Below, one piece after another: positions 1-7,355 of a stretch of 32,000 bases of DNA. A model generated the notes under the pieces. The model was not told where the DNA came from. It saw nothing but the letters and a program-made list of their open reading frames with translations, and searched no databases. Origin of the DNA: Longivirga aurantiaca. Its GTDB lineage: Bacteria; Actinomycetota; Actinomycetes; S36-B12; CAIYMF01. Within the stretch, counting starts at the first letter, position 1. Each line of letters opens with the position of its first letter. The DNA is taken from contig NZ_JBHSTI010000008.1 of assembly GCF_042660085.1 (NCBI RefSeq), positions 1,719,876 to 1,751,875 of the forward strand, given 5' to 3'. Position numbers and translations under genes: made by a program.

Positions 1-332
1 AGGAGCTCGATGATGCGGCAGCGGCCGATGTTGGCGCCCGGCTCCTTCGCGCGCTCGACCAGCGTGGGTGCCAGCGCGACCTGGCTGTCGACCCAGACGC
101 CGTCCTTGTCCGTCTTCGGCGGGGTGTGGTTCCAGAAGCCGTCGCACTCGAGGTCGCCGTACGCCGAGGCGAGCGGCGCGAAGCGGGTCTCGCCCGAGGA
201 CTTCCAGTCGACGTACGTGACGTCGAGCCACTCCTTCGGGTCGATCTCGCCCTGGTACATGTCGAGGACGACGTAGCCGTTGGCACGGAACGCCTCGAGC
301 TTGGTGTAGCCGTTCTCCTGGTACTGCGTCAT
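1..332 (-). CDS. Hypothetical protein, paralog A of the 511..1284 gene (first ~110 codons only; the gene runs off the left edge)
   Basis: Absent from the ORF track because it is truncated. Reverse complement from ATG 332..330 reads MTQYQENGYTKLEAFRANGYVVLDMYQGEIDPKEWLDVTYVDWKSSGETRFAPLASAYGDLECDGFWNHTPPKTDKDGVWVDSQVALAPTLVERAKEPGANIGRCRIIEL. This is colinear with the N-terminal ~115 residues of the neighbouring gene. GAGGA lies 6 nt upstream of the ATG. Confidence 0.8.
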   Translation of the reverse strand, partial: MTQYQENGYTKLEAFRANGYVVLDMYQGEIDPKEWLDVTYVDWKSSGETRFAPLASAYGDLECDGFWNHTPPKTDKDGVWVDSQVALAPTLVERAKEPGANIGRCRIIEL

Positions 333-460
333 GACCCGTCCTCGCACTGCTCAAGGGGAAGCTGACCGGTATCCATCATGCCGCACGCCCCCCGCAACTT
401 AGGTAACCCTAACCAGGGGTGTGTCCGACGTCTCGCCCGCTCGACCGGTGTCCGGACGCA

Positions 461-494
461 CCGAGGGCGCGCACCCGGAGGTGCGCGCCCTCGG
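461..494 (-). terminator. Hairpin terminator after the 511..1284 gene (perfect 14-bp stem, 6-nt loop, no U-tract)
   Basis: ccgagggcgcgcac / ccggag / gtgcgcgccctcgg, located 17 nt downstream of the TGA at 513..511. Confidence 0.6.
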
Positions 495-510
495 TACGTC
501 CCTCCGGCTC

Positions 511-1284
511 TCAGGCCTCCGACATCACCATCGTGGGGTCGTAGCCGTAGTACGCGGTGCGGGCCGAGCGACGCTCCTGCGCGATGGTCTCGCCACGGAA
601 CGCCTCGCCCTGGTCGAGGAACGCGCTCTCGACCTTCGTGCGCGGGCTGTTCTCGAACACCCACTTCTCGAGCGCCGGGCCGCTCTCGACGGAGGTGATG
701 AGGCAGTGGCGCGCCTCGCCAGCAGAGTCCTGGTGCCACACCGAGTGCCACATGCGCTCGGAGTCCACGAGCAGCTGGGCGCCCGCGGGCAGCGAGATGC
801 GGGTCTCGGTCGACGGGTCGTTGATGTCCTCGCGGAGGATCATCACGGAGTCGGGGTTGTGCGTGAGCTGCATGAACAGGCGCAGCACCCAGCCCTCGCC
901 CTCGGGGTTGAGCCGGTTGTTGTCGTCGAGGTGGCTGTTGTAGAGCGCGTCGGCGTACGAGTTGGGCTGCAGCTCGATGATGCGGCAGCGGCCGACGTTG
1001 GCGCCGATCTCCTGCACGCGGCGCGTCAGCGTGGGGGCGATCGCCGTCTGGCTGTCGATCCAGACACCGTCCTTGTCGGCCTTCGGCGGGTCGAAGTGCC
1101 AGAAGCCGTTGCACTCGATCTGGCCGTACGCCGAGGCGAGCGGCGCGAACCGGGTGTCGCCGCTGGACTTCCAGTCGACGTACTCGAGGTCCTTCCACTC
1201 AGCGGGGTCGATCGGCTGCTGGTAGCTGTCGAGGACGACGTAGCCCGTCTCCTCGAGGATGGGCAACGTCAGATGGCGCGGCAT
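511..1284 (-). CDS. Hypothetical protein, paralog B; possible Fe(II)/2-oxoglutarate oxygenase-like (double-stranded beta-helix) fold
   Basis: Lies inside track ORF 511..1626. I place the start at the internal ATG 1284..1282 (MPRHLTLPILEE...), which is preceded by GGGAGGG; the upstream extension is Arg/Pro-rich junk. It contains SHLDD ... MWHSVWH, compatible with an HxD...H metal triad. Family assignment is tentative. Confidence 0.8.
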   Translation of the reverse strand: MPRHLTLPILEETGYVVLDSYQQPIDPAEWKDLEYVDWKSSGDTRFAPLASAYGQIECNGFWHFDPPKADKDGVWIDSQTAIAPTLTRRVQEIGANVGRCRIIELQPNSYADALYNSHLDDNNRLNPEGEGWVLRLFMQLTHNPDSVMILREDINDPSTETRISLPAGAQLLVDSERMWHSVWHQDSAGEARHCLITSVESGPALEKWVFENSPRTKVESAFLDQGEAFRGETIAQERRSARTAYYGYDPTMVMSEA

Positions 1285-1478
1285 GGGCCCTCCCGAAAGG
1301 CGTACCACCGCGGGGAGACGGTGGATCGACGCCCAGTGTGCCTCACCCGACGCTCGGCCCGAAGCGTCCAAAGCCCTTGCGCCCCTAAGGTTTTCGTCAC
1401 ATGCCCTGGTTAGGTGAGCCTTGCCGAAGAAGCCGCGGCAGACGGACCGACCTGCGGGATCACCTGCACCGCAGCCGG

Positions 1479-2309
1479 TTACGGCGTACGGCGACGCTGG
1501 GCGCGGGCGGAGGCGTACAGGCAGACCGCAGCGGCGGTGGCGAGGTTGAGACTCTCGGCACGTCCGTGGATCGGCACGCGCACGACCTGGTCGGCGAGGG
1601 CGCGCGTCGGCTCGGGGAGGCCCCACGCCTCGTTGCCGAACAACCAGGCGGTGGGAGCACCGAGCGTGCCGTCGTCCTCGAGGTCGTCGAGGTCGCGCGC
1701 GCCCGCGCCGTCGGCGGCGAGCACCTGCAGCCCTGCGGCGTGCATCCGGGCGACGAGGTCGGCCACCGTGGGCCCGGTGACCACCGGCAGGTGGAAGAGC
1801 GAGCCGGCGCTCGCGCGCACGGCCTTCGGGTTGAGCGGGTCGACGCTGGCCTCGGTGAGCACCACCCCCCCGGCGCCTGCGGCGTCCGAGCAGCGGATCA
1901 CCGTGCCGACGTTGCCGGGGTCGCGCGCGTGCGCCAGCACCGTGACGAGGCGCTGCGGGCCCGACAGCAGCGAGTCGAGGCTCGAGGTGACCGGGCCGGT
2001 GGCGCAGACGCCGACCATGCCCTGCGGCGTGACCGTTCCCGACAGCGAGCCGACCACCTCGCCCGACGCGCGCACGACCTCGGCGCCGGCGGCACGGGCA
2101 GCGGCCACGATCTCGGGGTGCCGGTCGGCAGCTTCCGCGGTGACGTACAGCTCGAGCAGGGCCCCGGGGACGCCGGCCGCCTCGCGGCAGGCCTGCGGCC
2201 CCTCGGCAAGAAAACGACCGTCCCGGTCGCGGAACGCACGCTTCACCAGGCGCCGGGCTGCCGTCACCCGCGGTGAGCGGGTGGAGGTCAGCTCGGTGGT
2301 GGAGCTCAT
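1479..2309 (-). CDS. TrmH/SpoU-family RNA 2'-O-methyltransferase (TsnR-like, in the position downstream of rplT as in Mycobacterium)
   Basis: Track ORF 1479..2471 trimmed to ATG 2309 (MSSTTELTS...). Contains SpoU motifs: LAHARDPGNVGTVIRCSDAAGA, LFGNEAWGL, IPIHGRAESLNLATAAAVCLY. Confidence 0.9.
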   Translation of the reverse strand: MSSTTELTSTRSPRVTAARRLVKRAFRDRDGRFLAEGPQACREAAGVPGALLELYVTAEAADRHPEIVAAARAAGAEVVRASGEVVGSLSGTVTPQGMVGVCATGPVTSSLDSLLSGPQRLVTVLAHARDPGNVGTVIRCSDAAGAGGVVLTEASVDPLNPKAVRASAGSLFHLPVVTGPTVADLVARMHAAGLQVLAADGAGARDLDDLEDDGTLGAPTAWLFGNEAWGLPEPTRALADQVVRVPIHGRAESLNLATAAAVCLYASARAQRRRTP

Positions 2310-2346
2310 GCGTCGCGACCGGGACGGTCGGAGGTGCTGGGCGTCG

Positions 2347-2730
2347 TCAGGCCGAGGCAGGCGCGTTGACGTCGGCCGGGAGGGCCTTCTTCGCGGTCTC
2401 GACGAGGACGGCGAAGGCCGCGGCGTCGTTGACGGCGAGCTCGGCCAGCATGCGACGGTCGACCTCGACACCCGCGGCCTTGAGGCCCTGGATGAAGCGG
2501 TTGTAGGTCATGCCGTTGGCGCGGGCACCGGCGTTGATGCGCTGGATCCAGAGCTGACGGAAGTCGCCCTTGCGCTTACGACGGTCGTTGAAGGCGTAGA
2601 CCTCCGAGTGGAGGATCTGCTCCTTCGCCTTGCGGTAGAGGCGCGAGCGCTGCCCGCGATAGCCGCTGGCCTGCTCGAGGACCTCGCGGCGCTTCTTGTG
2701 GGCGTTCACTGCCCGCTTCACGCGTGCCAT
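2347..2730 (-). CDS. rplT: 50S ribosomal protein L20
   Basis: [38 protein letters not shown]...; AGGAGAA Shine-Dalgarno upstream. Confidence 0.98.
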   Translation of the reverse strand: MARVKRAVNAHKKRREVLEQASGYRGQRSRLYRKAKEQILHSEVYAFNDRRKRKGDFRQLWIQRINAGARANGMTYNRFIQGLKAAGVEVDRRMLAELAVNDAAAFAVLVETAKKALPADVNAPASA

Positions 2731-2790
2731 GGGTGTTCTCCTGCTGGATGGACGGGCCTGACCGGCCCGGCGATGGACGTCGGGGGTCGG

Positions 2791-2985
2791 TCAGATGCCG
2801 AGGAGCTTCTTCACGCGCTTGGTGTCGGCGGGCGAGAGCTCCTTGGGGACCGAGAGTCGGCGGGTGCGCTTGCTCGACTTGACCTCGAGGAGGTGGCGCT
2901 TGTTGGTGCGCTCGCGCATGAGCTTGCCCGAGCCGGTCACCTTGATGCGCTTCTTGGTGCCGCTGTGGGTCTTCTGCTTCGGCAT
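2791..2985 (-). CDS. rpmI: 50S ribosomal protein L35
   Basis: [44 protein letters not shown]...; GAGGAGAA Shine-Dalgarno upstream. Confidence 0.98.
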   Translation of the reverse strand: MPKQKTHSGTKKRIKVTGSGKLMRERTNKRHLLEVKSSKRTRRLSVPKELSPADTKRVKKLLGI

Positions 2986-3037
2986 GTCGCCGTTCTCCTC
3001 GTGAGTGTGATGGTGCGTGGTGCTGTCGGGGTGGTGC

Positions 3038-3769
3038 TCAGGCGTCGGCCTGCGCCGCCTCGGTGGCCTCTACGGTCTCTGCGGTCTCTGCGGTCTCTGC
3101 GGTCTCGACGGTCTCGACCTCCGCGGGAGCGGGCTCGGTCACGTCGGTCGTGGTCTCGGTGGTGCCCCCGGTCGCCTCGAGCTCGCCGTCGGCCTCGTCG
3201 TGCCGGCGTCCCTTCTTGGCGTCCTTCTCGGCCTGGGCCTCGGCCATGGCCTCGGCCTTCTTCCGGACCGGCCCGAGGACCATGATCATGTTGCGGCCGT
3301 CCTGCTTCGGCGAGTACTCGACGAACGCGATGTCCGCGACGTCGTCCGCGAGCTTCTTCAGCAGGCGGAAGCCGAGCTCGGGTCGCGACTGCTCGCGACC
3401 GCGGAACATGATCGTGATCTTGACCTTGTCGCCCGCCTTGAGGAAGCGGACCACGTGGCCCTTCTTCGTCTCGTAGTCGTGCGCGTCGATCTTCGGGCGG
3501 AGCTTCATCTCCTTGATGACGGTGTTGACCTGCTTCTTGCGGTCCTCACGCGCCTTCAGGGCCGACTCGTACTTGAACTTGCCGTAGTCCATGAGCTTGC
3601 AGACCGGCGGCTTGGACATCGGTGCGACCTCGACCAGATCGAGATCGGCCTCCGCGGCCAGGCGCAGCGCATCCTCGATGCGCACAATGCCTACCTGCTC
3701 CCCGTTGGGCCCGACAAGCCGGACCTCGGGGACTCGGATCCGCTCGTTGATGCGGGGCTCGGCGCTGAT
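3038..3769 (-). CDS. infC: Translation initiation factor IF-3, probably initiating at a non-canonical ATC (alternatives: GTG 3775, ATG 3820)
   Basis: [29 protein letters not shown]...[11 protein letters not shown]...[47 protein letters not shown] at 3780..3775 sits 5 nt upstream of ATC 3769..3767. Codons between ATG 3820 and 3770 have poor GC3 (agg, ggt, cat, caa, gga). Acidic repetitive C-terminal tail. Confidence 0.9.
   Translation of the reverse strand: MSAEPRINERIRVPEVRLVGPNGEQVGIVRIEDALRLAAEADLDLVEVAPMSKPPVCKLMDYGKFKYESALKAREDRKKQVNTVIKEMKLRPKIDAHDYETKKGHVVRFLKAGDKVKITIMFRGREQSRPELGFRLLKKLADDVADIAFVEYSPKQDGRNMIMVLGPVRKKAEAMAEAQAEKDAKKGRRHDEADGELEATGGTTETTTDVTEPAPAEVETVETAETAETAETVEATEAAQADA
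3073..3117 (-). repeat. In-frame 9-bp tandem repeat (5 copies, 3 perfect) encoding the (ETA/ETV)n acidic tail of IF-3
   Basis: cggtctctg x3 followed by cggtctcga x2 on the plus strand. Translates to [18 protein letters not shown]. Confidence 0.9.
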
Positions 3770-4007
3770 GTGCACTCCTTGGTTCGTCCGATGGTTCGTG
3801 GTCGCACCGGCCCTCGACATGGATCGAGGCCCCGCGCACGCGCGCGAGGCCTCGCAGTCGTCGGCGTCCTCCGCCCGGGGGCGGGACGCCGCCGGATCCC
3901 CCCGTCGGGGGTTCCGCGACCTGGACCCGACGACCCGGAGGTCGTGCGGGTGGGAGCGAGGGCTCCGCTTGCGTGGTCCGCCCCCACGTTCGGGGAGGAC
4001 CGGTCCG
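3770..4007 (-). promoter_or_regulatory. Candidate long structured 5' leader of infC-rpmI-rplT (function unknown)
   Basis: About 240 nt lie between the putative promoter and the infC Shine-Dalgarno sequence. Strong hairpins at 4000..3976, 3890..3863 and 3853..3826 (12 bp). An alternative hairpin at 3832..3809 shares the GGCCTC arm with the 3853..3826 hairpin. Direct repeat ACGAACC x2 (3799..3793, 3787..3781) abuts the Shine-Dalgarno sequence. Confidence 0.35.
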
Positions 4008-4013
4008 GGGCGA

Positions 4014-4043
4014 ACTGTACCGGGTGGGCCGCCGAACGCCCAA
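4014..4043 (-). promoter_or_regulatory. Candidate sigma-70-type promoter for infC (TTGGGC - 18 nt - TACAGT)
   Basis: On the minus strand, the -35-like TTGGGC is at 4043..4038 and the -10-like TACAGT at 4019..4014. Pattern match only. Confidence 0.3.
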
Positions 4044-4074
4044 AACGGACGCGGCCGCCCCGGAGGGCGGCCGC
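4041..4074 (-). terminator. Intrinsic terminator of aqpZ (perfect 10-bp GC stem, 4-nt loop, followed by GTCCGTTTTGGG)
   Basis: gcggccgccc cgga gggcggccgc at 4051..4074, 14 nt downstream of the aqpZ stop. A T-run follows on the transcribed strand. Confidence 0.75.
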
Positions 4075-4088
4075 GTCGTCGAGCAGGA

Positions 4089-4787
4089 TCAGGCGGCGTC
4101 GGCCTGGCCGACGGCCTCCACCACGTGGGCGCGCGTCAACGGGTAGACCACCGCGGCGATCACGCCGCCGAGCAGCGGCGCCAGGATGAACAGCCACAGC
4201 TGGGACAGTGCCGTGCCGCCCTCGAACAGGGCCGGGCCGATCGAGCGGGCCGGGTTCACCGAGGTGCCGGTGTTGGGGATGCCGACCAGGTGGACGACGG
4301 TGAGCGCGACGCCGATGGCGAGGCCCGCGGTCGTGCCGTTGGCCGCGCGGTCGGTCACCATCAGGATCACCAGGACGAACGCGAAGGTCAGCAGCATCTC
4401 GAGGATGAACGCCCCACCCATCGTGAGCGGGTCGGCCCAGCCGTTGGTGCCGAGACCGCCGGTCTCGTCCACGACGCCGAAGCTCGAGACGAGCAGCTTG
4501 AGCACGCCGGCGCCGACGATGGCACCCGCGATCTGGGCGCCCCAGTAGCCGGCCGCCTCGGCGATCGGCATCTTGCGGGCCACGACCATGGCGATGGTGA
4601 CCGCCGGGTTGACGTGCGCGCCGCTCACCGGGCCGAAGGCGTAGGCGACGAACACCAGCACGAAGCCGAAGGCTGTCGCCACGGCGAGGATGCCTGCGCT
4701 CTTGAGGCCCATGACCGCGGCACCGACCGCGAGGAAGACGAGGAGGAACGTGCCGAGGAACTCGGCGACGTACTTACGGGACGACAT
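4089..4787 (-). CDS. aqpZ: Aquaporin Z / MIP-family water channel
   Basis: Two NPA boxes ([19 protein letters not shown]) and six hydrophobic segments. N-terminus [13 protein letters not shown] is typical of AqpZ. Confidence 0.93.
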   Translation of the reverse strand: MSSRKYVAEFLGTFLLVFLAVGAAVMGLKSAGILAVATAFGFVLVFVAYAFGPVSGAHVNPAVTIAMVVARKMPIAEAAGYWGAQIAGAIVGAGVLKLLVSSFGVVDETGGLGTNGWADPLTMGGAFILEMLLTFAFVLVILMVTDRAANGTTAGLAIGVALTVVHLVGIPNTGTSVNPARSIGPALFEGGTALSQLWLFILAPLLGGVIAAVVYPLTRAHVVEAVGQADAA

Positions 4788-4930
4788 GGCGGCACCTCGG
4801 GGTGAGTCGGGATGGGGGACGTACGGGGAAGATCCCGAACCCGTCCATGAAAGCGGTATCGCGGGGCGAGATCACGCCGACACGCTCACGACCTGCTCGG
4901 ATACCGGCTGGTAACGGGACGAGCCGGGAC

Positions 4931-5698
4931 TCAGCCGGGGTCGACGAGGCCGATCGCGATCCCGCCCGGGCAGGCCGCCACCAGCACGGGATGGCCGGCG
5001 AGACGGTCGGCGGCGGCGGCGGCGACCCCCGCGCCGTCGGCCCCGGGCTCGGGGACCAGAGCCACCAGCAGGTCGCCCGCACCCGTCGGCGCGGGTGCGG
5101 CCTCGTGCCCGGCGAGTCCGGCGAGCCCCGCGAGCGCCTCGGCCACTGCGGCCAGGACCGCCGGATCCTCGGGCACCGGGACGAACGGCCTGCCCTCCGC
5201 CACGGCGAGCAGGGCCTCGCCCTGGAGCGCGAGCCGCACCGGGCCGCCGAGGTCGAGCAGCACGGCGTCGGCGCCCTCCTCCAGTGCCGCTCCCGCCACC
5301 CGCGCGGCCGACGCCGGGATCCCCCGCGCAGAGGGGTCCCAGGCGACCATCGAGGCCACCGAGGTGAAGGCGAGCAGGCCGCGTCGGCCGTCCGGGCTGA
5401 CGAGGCTGACGGTCGCCATGTGCGAGTCCTTCTCGCCTGGCCCGGGGGCGCCTGCTGCCACGTCGTCCGTCACGGAGTCGAGCACGGCCATGAGCGGGGC
5501 CATGAGGCGCTTGCCGTGGAGGAGCCGGACGACGTCGGAGAGGCGAGCCTCGCCGAGCGCGTGCAGGGCCAGCACCTCGGCCAGCTCCGGGTCGGGCGTG
5601 CCGTCGTCGTCGGCGAACTCGGGCTCCGGGATGTCCATCCCGCCGAACCGCTGCTCGCCCGGACGCTGGTGCTCCCCCGCGCCGTGCCCGTGCCCCAT
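4931..5698 (-). CDS. Conserved actinobacterial hypothetical protein, SseB-like (tentative)
   Basis: Good coding statistics and Ala/Leu/Gly-rich composition. ATG 5698 lies 5 nt after the hisG stop; an alternative start at internal MDIPEPEF is possible. The SseB-like assignment is from memory of the family, not from a search. Confidence 0.6.
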   Translation of the reverse strand: MGHGHGAGEHQRPGEQRFGGMDIPEPEFADDDGTPDPELAEVLALHALGEARLSDVVRLLHGKRLMAPLMAVLDSVTDDVAAGAPGPGEKDSHMATVSLVSPDGRRGLLAFTSVASMVAWDPSARGIPASAARVAGAALEEGADAVLLDLGGPVRLALQGEALLAVAEGRPFVPVPEDPAVLAAVAEALAGLAGLAGHEAAPAPTGAGDLLVALVPEPGADGAGVAAAAADRLAGHPVLVAACPGGIAIGLVDPG

Positions 5699-5703
5699 CG
5701 CGG

Positions 5704-6549
5704 CTAGAGCCGGCAGGCGTGGATGTCGGTGACGAGGATCCCGCGGCCGCCCATGTCGTACAGCTCGTCCATCACGCGGTGGACGTCGCGGCGCGGCACC
5801 ATCGCCCGCACGGCGGACCAGGCGGAGTCGTGCAGGGAGGACACCGTGGGCGACTCGATCCCCGGGGTGATCCGGCAGGCGCGCTCGACGAGCTCGGTGC
5901 GGATGTCGTAGTCGACGAGGACGTAGGCGCGGGCGACGATCACGCCCTGCAGGCGCCGGACGAACGTGTCGACCACGGGGCTCTGGGCCGCGCCCGCCCG
6001 CTGGACGAGGAGGGCCTGGCTCACGAGCAGCGGCTCGCCGAGCACCGTGAGGCCCGCCTGCTTCAACGTGGTGCCGGTGGCCACGACGTCGGCGACCGCG
6101 TCCGCGACGCCGAGGCGCACGGAGTTCTCCACGGCGCCGTCGAGCTTCACGACGGTCGCGTCGATGCCGAGCTCGGCGAGCCGCGTCGCGAGGAGGCCTG
6201 CGTACGACGTGGCGATCCGCTTGCCGGCGAGGTCGTGCACCGTGGTCGCGGTGCCGGCGGGCGCGGCGAAGCGGAACGTCGACGGCGCGAAGCCGAGCTC
6301 GAGCAGGGTCTCGGTCTGCACGCCGGAGTCGAGCACGAGGTCGAGCCCGGTGATGCCGATGTCGAGCTGCCCGCTGGCGACGTAGATCGCGATGTCGCGG
6401 GGCCGCAGGAAGAAGAACTCGACGTCGTTCTCCGGGTCCTGCACCACGAGCTCGCGGGCGCTGTGCGCCGCGGGGTAGCCCGCCTCGCGCAGCATCTCGC
6501 GGGCGGGGTCGGACAACTGACCCTTGTTGGGGAGGGCGACACGCAGCAT
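5704..6549 (-). CDS. hisG: ATP phosphoribosyltransferase (long form)
   Basis: MLRVALPNKGQLSDPAREMLREAGY...DIGITGLDLV...; 281 aa with the C-terminal regulatory domain; AGGAG Shine-Dalgarno. Confidence 0.96.
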   Translation of the reverse strand: MLRVALPNKGQLSDPAREMLREAGYPAAHSARELVVQDPENDVEFFFLRPRDIAIYVASGQLDIGITGLDLVLDSGVQTETLLELGFAPSTFRFAAPAGTATTVHDLAGKRIATSYAGLLATRLAELGIDATVVKLDGAVENSVRLGVADAVADVVATGTTLKQAGLTVLGEPLLVSQALLVQRAGAAQSPVVDTFVRRLQGVIVARAYVLVDYDIRTELVERACRITPGIESPTVSSLHDSAWSAVRAMVPRRDVHRVMDELYDMGGRGILVTDIHACRL

Positions 6550-6594
6550 GAGGCTGCTCCTAGCGGCTGGGATGGGATCGGGCGCGGGGCACGA

Positions 6595-6861
6595 TCACAG
6601 ATGCCGGTAGACGTCCTCGAGCGAGACGTCGGCGGCCAGCATGAGCACCTGGGTGAAGAAGATCAGCTGCGAGATCTCCACAGCTGCCCGCTCCTTGCCC
6701 TCGAACTCCGCGGCCATCCAGGCCTCGGCGGCCTCCTCGACGACCTTCTTGCCGGCTCCGTGCACGCCGTCCTCGAGGAGGCGGGTGACGGTGCCGGAGG
6801 ACGGGTCCTTCTCGGCCCACTTGGTCACGAGCTCGGTGTGCAGCTCCTCAAAGGTCTTCAT
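6595..6861 (-). CDS. hisE: Phosphoribosyl-ATP pyrophosphatase
   Basis: Inside spurious track ORF 6595..7551. Real start is ATG 6861 ([46 protein letters not shown]...), which forms an ATGA overlap with the ribH stop. Confidence 0.93.
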   Translation of the reverse strand: MKTFEELHTELVTKWAEKDPSSGTVTRLLEDGVHGAGKKVVEEAAEAWMAAEFEGKERAAVEISQLIFFTQVLMLAADVSLEDVYRHL

Positions 6862-7355
6862 GAGGCAAAGCCTACGGAACCCTTGGGCGACATCCCACGC
6901 AGGGTGAGGACCACGGCGATCGCCGCCTCGACGGCCTCGCGTCCCTTGTCCTCCTCCGAGCCCGGGAGGCCCGCCCGGGCGAGCGCCTGCTCCTCGGTGT
7001 CGCAGGTCAGCAGGCCGAACCCGACGGGCACTCCGGTCTGCAGGGCGACGTGGGCGAGTCCGTCCGTGGCCGCCTGGCACACGTACTCGAAGTGCGGTGT
7101 GCCGCCACGGATGACGACGCCGAGGGCGACCACGGCGTCGTAGCCCCCGGAGGTGGCGGCCTTCGCCACGACCGGGAGCTCGAAGGCACCCGGGACGCGG
7201 ATCACCTCGTAGGCGGCACCGAGCTCGTCGAGCGCGCGGGTCGCCCCGCCGACGAGTCCGCCCATCACCTGCTCGTGCCAGGAGGCGGCCACGACCGCGA
7301 CACGGAGGTCGGCCGTTCCGGGCAGGTCCAGCCGGGGTGCTCCGTGGCCGCTCAT
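6858..7355 (-). CDS. ribH: 6,7-dimethyl-8-ribityllumazine synthase
   Basis: Inside track ORF 6858..8231. Start is ATG 7355 ([30 protein letters not shown]...VPGAFELP...[14 protein letters not shown]), in an ATGA overlap with the ribBA stop. Confidence 0.95.
   Translation of the reverse strand: MSGHGAPRLDLPGTADLRVAVVAASWHEQVMGGLVGGATRALDELGAAYEVIRVPGAFELPVVAKAATSGGYDAVVALGVVIRGGTPHFEYVCQAATDGLAHVALQTGVPVGFGLLTCDTEEQALARAGLPGSEEDKGREAVEAAIAVVLTLRGMSPKGSVGFAS

Noticed and set aside
329-1198. 289-aa minus-strand ORF spanning the paralog A start, the intergenic terminator and most of paralog B
   Set aside because: It is in a different frame from the one that gives the mutually alignable paralog proteins. 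It runs straight through the 14-bp terminator hairpin. It is Arg/Pro/Gly-rich, the typical off-frame product in high-GC DNA.
3770-3820. ATG 3820 as the infC start (as in the ORF track)
   Set aside because: There is no Shine-Dalgarno sequence in front of it, and several of the 17 extra codons end in A/T. The strong AAGGAG lies inside this stretch, positioned for the downstream ATC. The ATG sits in the loop of a predicted leader hairpin.
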